From: Tubulanus polymorphus
Taxonomy: Eukaryota > Animalia > Nemertea
DNA: 64,000 bases
NCBI RefSeq assembly: GCF_964204645.1
Contig: NC_134035.1
Coordinates: 4,340,001 to 4,404,000 of the forward strand
Reading direction: 5' to 3'
The notes under the pieces are model-generated. The model saw only the letters and a program-made list of their open reading frames with translations. It searched no databases and was not told where the DNA came from. The position numbers were made by a program, and so were the translations under genes. Every line of letters starts with the position of its first letter. Position 1 is the stretch's first letter. Below, one piece after another: positions 61,648 through 64,000 of the stretch.

Positions 61648-62797
61648 GTCATCAAGAGATATTTTATCAAGGCTTTGGATCTAGCTTTGAAGGTCCTAGA
61701 TCAACCATTGGCAGCATGAGATGGCGATGAGGTCTTTGATTATCAGCCTATGCCCTGGAACATGAGTGGTCCTAATATTAAAGATAGCAGCCTTCTTACG
61801 AGACCTTCCCTGACTAAACCGCTAATAGCAAATTATTCTCAGAAAAAGGATTGTGACGTGTTGAAAATGGATGGAAAAACTCTATACGCCCAACGCAGGC
61901 TCTCATCTTCGAAGGCTCTTTCTATGAAACGCACTCCTGTTGCGTTCGATGTTTTCAAAAACTTGAAACATTTTCAAAAGCATTCTACTTGAAAAAAGAA
62001 AACGTTGTCGATGGTGTATATATACCGCCTGTTAAGATTTTCATGTAAAACTCGAGTCTGACAAAGCCCCCTCTAATTTACGATTCCAACGCAATATCGA
62101 TACTGTCGCGTGGATATAAACGTCTAGTGACGTGTTGAAAGCAAATACGGTTGACAATATAGACAATATTAATAATGCAAAGTAAAGTCCGAAATGTTTC
62201 GTTGCGCTCAATTCGACACTTCGACTTATTGTACAGTCATCCCCTGGAATAGGAGTTACGGAAATATGGTAACTCTTGAAAAAGTACTGACAAACTCCGG
62301 AAAATACTGATGAACTGAAAAATTTGTTCCGACAGCATTTTTTTTCTGGGGATGACAGGAGAATACGAGATGTATTTTTATTCGTCTGATATCTTTGTTT
62401 GTGATTATTAGTGTGGGATTCTCTGTAATTATCATCGCAGCGCAGATGGATTGTGTTTCAGTAATGACTATAAATACAGGTGACATTTCCATCTCCAATT
62501 TGCCAGCAATGATAGGAAGTTTTAATTTTACCATACGATGATACGCGCGGTTCTCATTATTCATGCAGATATTGCGATTGATGCGAAGGCAGATTCTAAA
62601 AACGAACACGCAAAGGATCATATTCTCTGAGCCAAAGTCGCCAGTATAATTCATTTTCATTCAATCTGCGTACAGATATGAACGTATTTTTGCATAATGA
62701 ACAGATAATCTGTTCGTCAGATCTGATACATCATATTTTTTTTTGTTAAATCAGAAATTTTTCATTTCGATGAAATTACGACCTTCAACCGAAATAG

Positions 62798-62945
62798 AAT
62801 CTGTGCGTTATAACTGATACAGCATAACCACGTTACAACAAACTTCAGGAGACCAGAAAATCTGTTCAATATAACTGATACAGCGGAACCTCATTACAAC
62901 AAACTTCAGGAGACCAGAAAATCTGTTCCTTGTAACTGATACAGC
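62798..62945 (+). repeat. 61-bp satellite array (about 2.5 units)
   Basis: Same unit. Confidence 0.9.
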
Positions 62946-63462
62946 ATATTTTGTGTCGCCTTTTTTCCGTTAGATCAGAGAAATTCTTTACTTCGATGAA
63001 ATGACGACCTTCCACAAAAATCTCACCAATCATTAATTTTTGTAAGTTATCAGAAGGCAGCCCGTAACTGGGTCCGTCTTTAAATTACGAACCAGCTATG
63101 CCCGGGTTGCACTTCTACGTCCTTCCCCCGGAGAGAGTTCAGTTGATTTACTTAGCGGCAATTTGTAGCCGTCTGTCAAATGAATGTTAAACAAGCTCAT
63201 AAATACAGTTAAATATAGGTCCCGAGGGTATTCTAGGTGATGATACGCTGTTAAACAGCCATGATTAATGTGAAGATTTGCGGCATGTCTCGATAGCCAT
63301 TTTATCACTTGATTATAATGCGTACAACCGGGTTTCGGTCGGCATCCTCCATTTGTTTGATTAACTAAATGTATGTAAGAAATAGCCGGTCTTTTATGGT
63401 AACCTTTAAAAAAGATTTTTCATAACAGTATTAAAGAAGCCCCGCTATATTGAGAACCTCAA

Positions 63463-63753
63463 TACGGTGGAACCTTGTTACAATGAACTTCAGGAGACCA
63501 GAAAATCTGTTAGTTATAACTGATACAGTGGAACCTCGTTACAACGAACTTCAGGAGACCAGAAAATCTGTTAGTTATAACTGATACAGCGGAACCTCGT
63601 TACAACAAACTTCAGGAGACCACAAAATCTGTTTGTTATAACTGATACAGCGGAACCTCGTTACAACGAACTTCAGGAGACCAGAAAATCTGTTCGTTAA
63701 AACTGATACAGTGGAACCTCGTTACAACAAACTTCAGGAGACCAGAAAATCTG
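63463..63753 (+). repeat. 61-bp satellite array (about 5 units)
   Basis: Same unit. Confidence 0.93.
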
Positions 63754-64000
63754 AAAATTGTCTACTTGTTAAGATTCAATCTCATTTGCAAAACAACCGA
63801 TAAAGAAAAATCCATGTATGAAATACAGTCTGGGTTTGATGAAGTTTGTTGATAACATGTATGTCGATGACTTCAAGTTGAAGTAGTATACAGTACATGT
63901 ACCAGTTAATTGTAGGTTGAATATCGTATGAAATTTAGAACGCTTGCATCTTTATATCGGAAATCGATGCCACTGAGTTCCGTGATAGCTTGACTCAAGT

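Noticed and set aside
62040-62660. 134-aa ORF and a second open minus frame
   Set aside because: No recognisable motif or splice context, and unlike the GC-rich codon use of the real genes.

Overview
Animal genomic DNA with spliceosomal introns and little CpG depletion; the GPCR types suggest a spiralian or other invertebrate (inference). The first 18 kb holds four + strand genes in tandem: (1) the 3' exons of AP-2 adaptor alpha subunit (AP2A), with a minor-spliceosome AT-AC intron and a candidate 24-nt microexon; (2) an intronless FMRFamide-receptor-like GPCR; (3) a diverged 4-exon calmodulin paralog; (4) the 5' exons of TMEM117. No further TMEM117 exon was found by eye, so 18.1-64 kb looks like one very large intron. 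That region contains an antisense GPCR with atypical motifs and a nearly intact 6.2-kb DIRS1-type tyrosine-recombinase retrotransposon (identical ITR cores, ICR, gag / RT-RNaseH-MT / YR). It also holds tRNA-derived SINEs, many MITEs and several tandem arrays seeded from TE parts. The strongest leads are a splice-site layout in the DIRS element that could express all three ORFs, a palindromic array of minimal hammerhead-ribozyme motifs, and the U12 intron. All calls were made by eye; no searches or folding were run.
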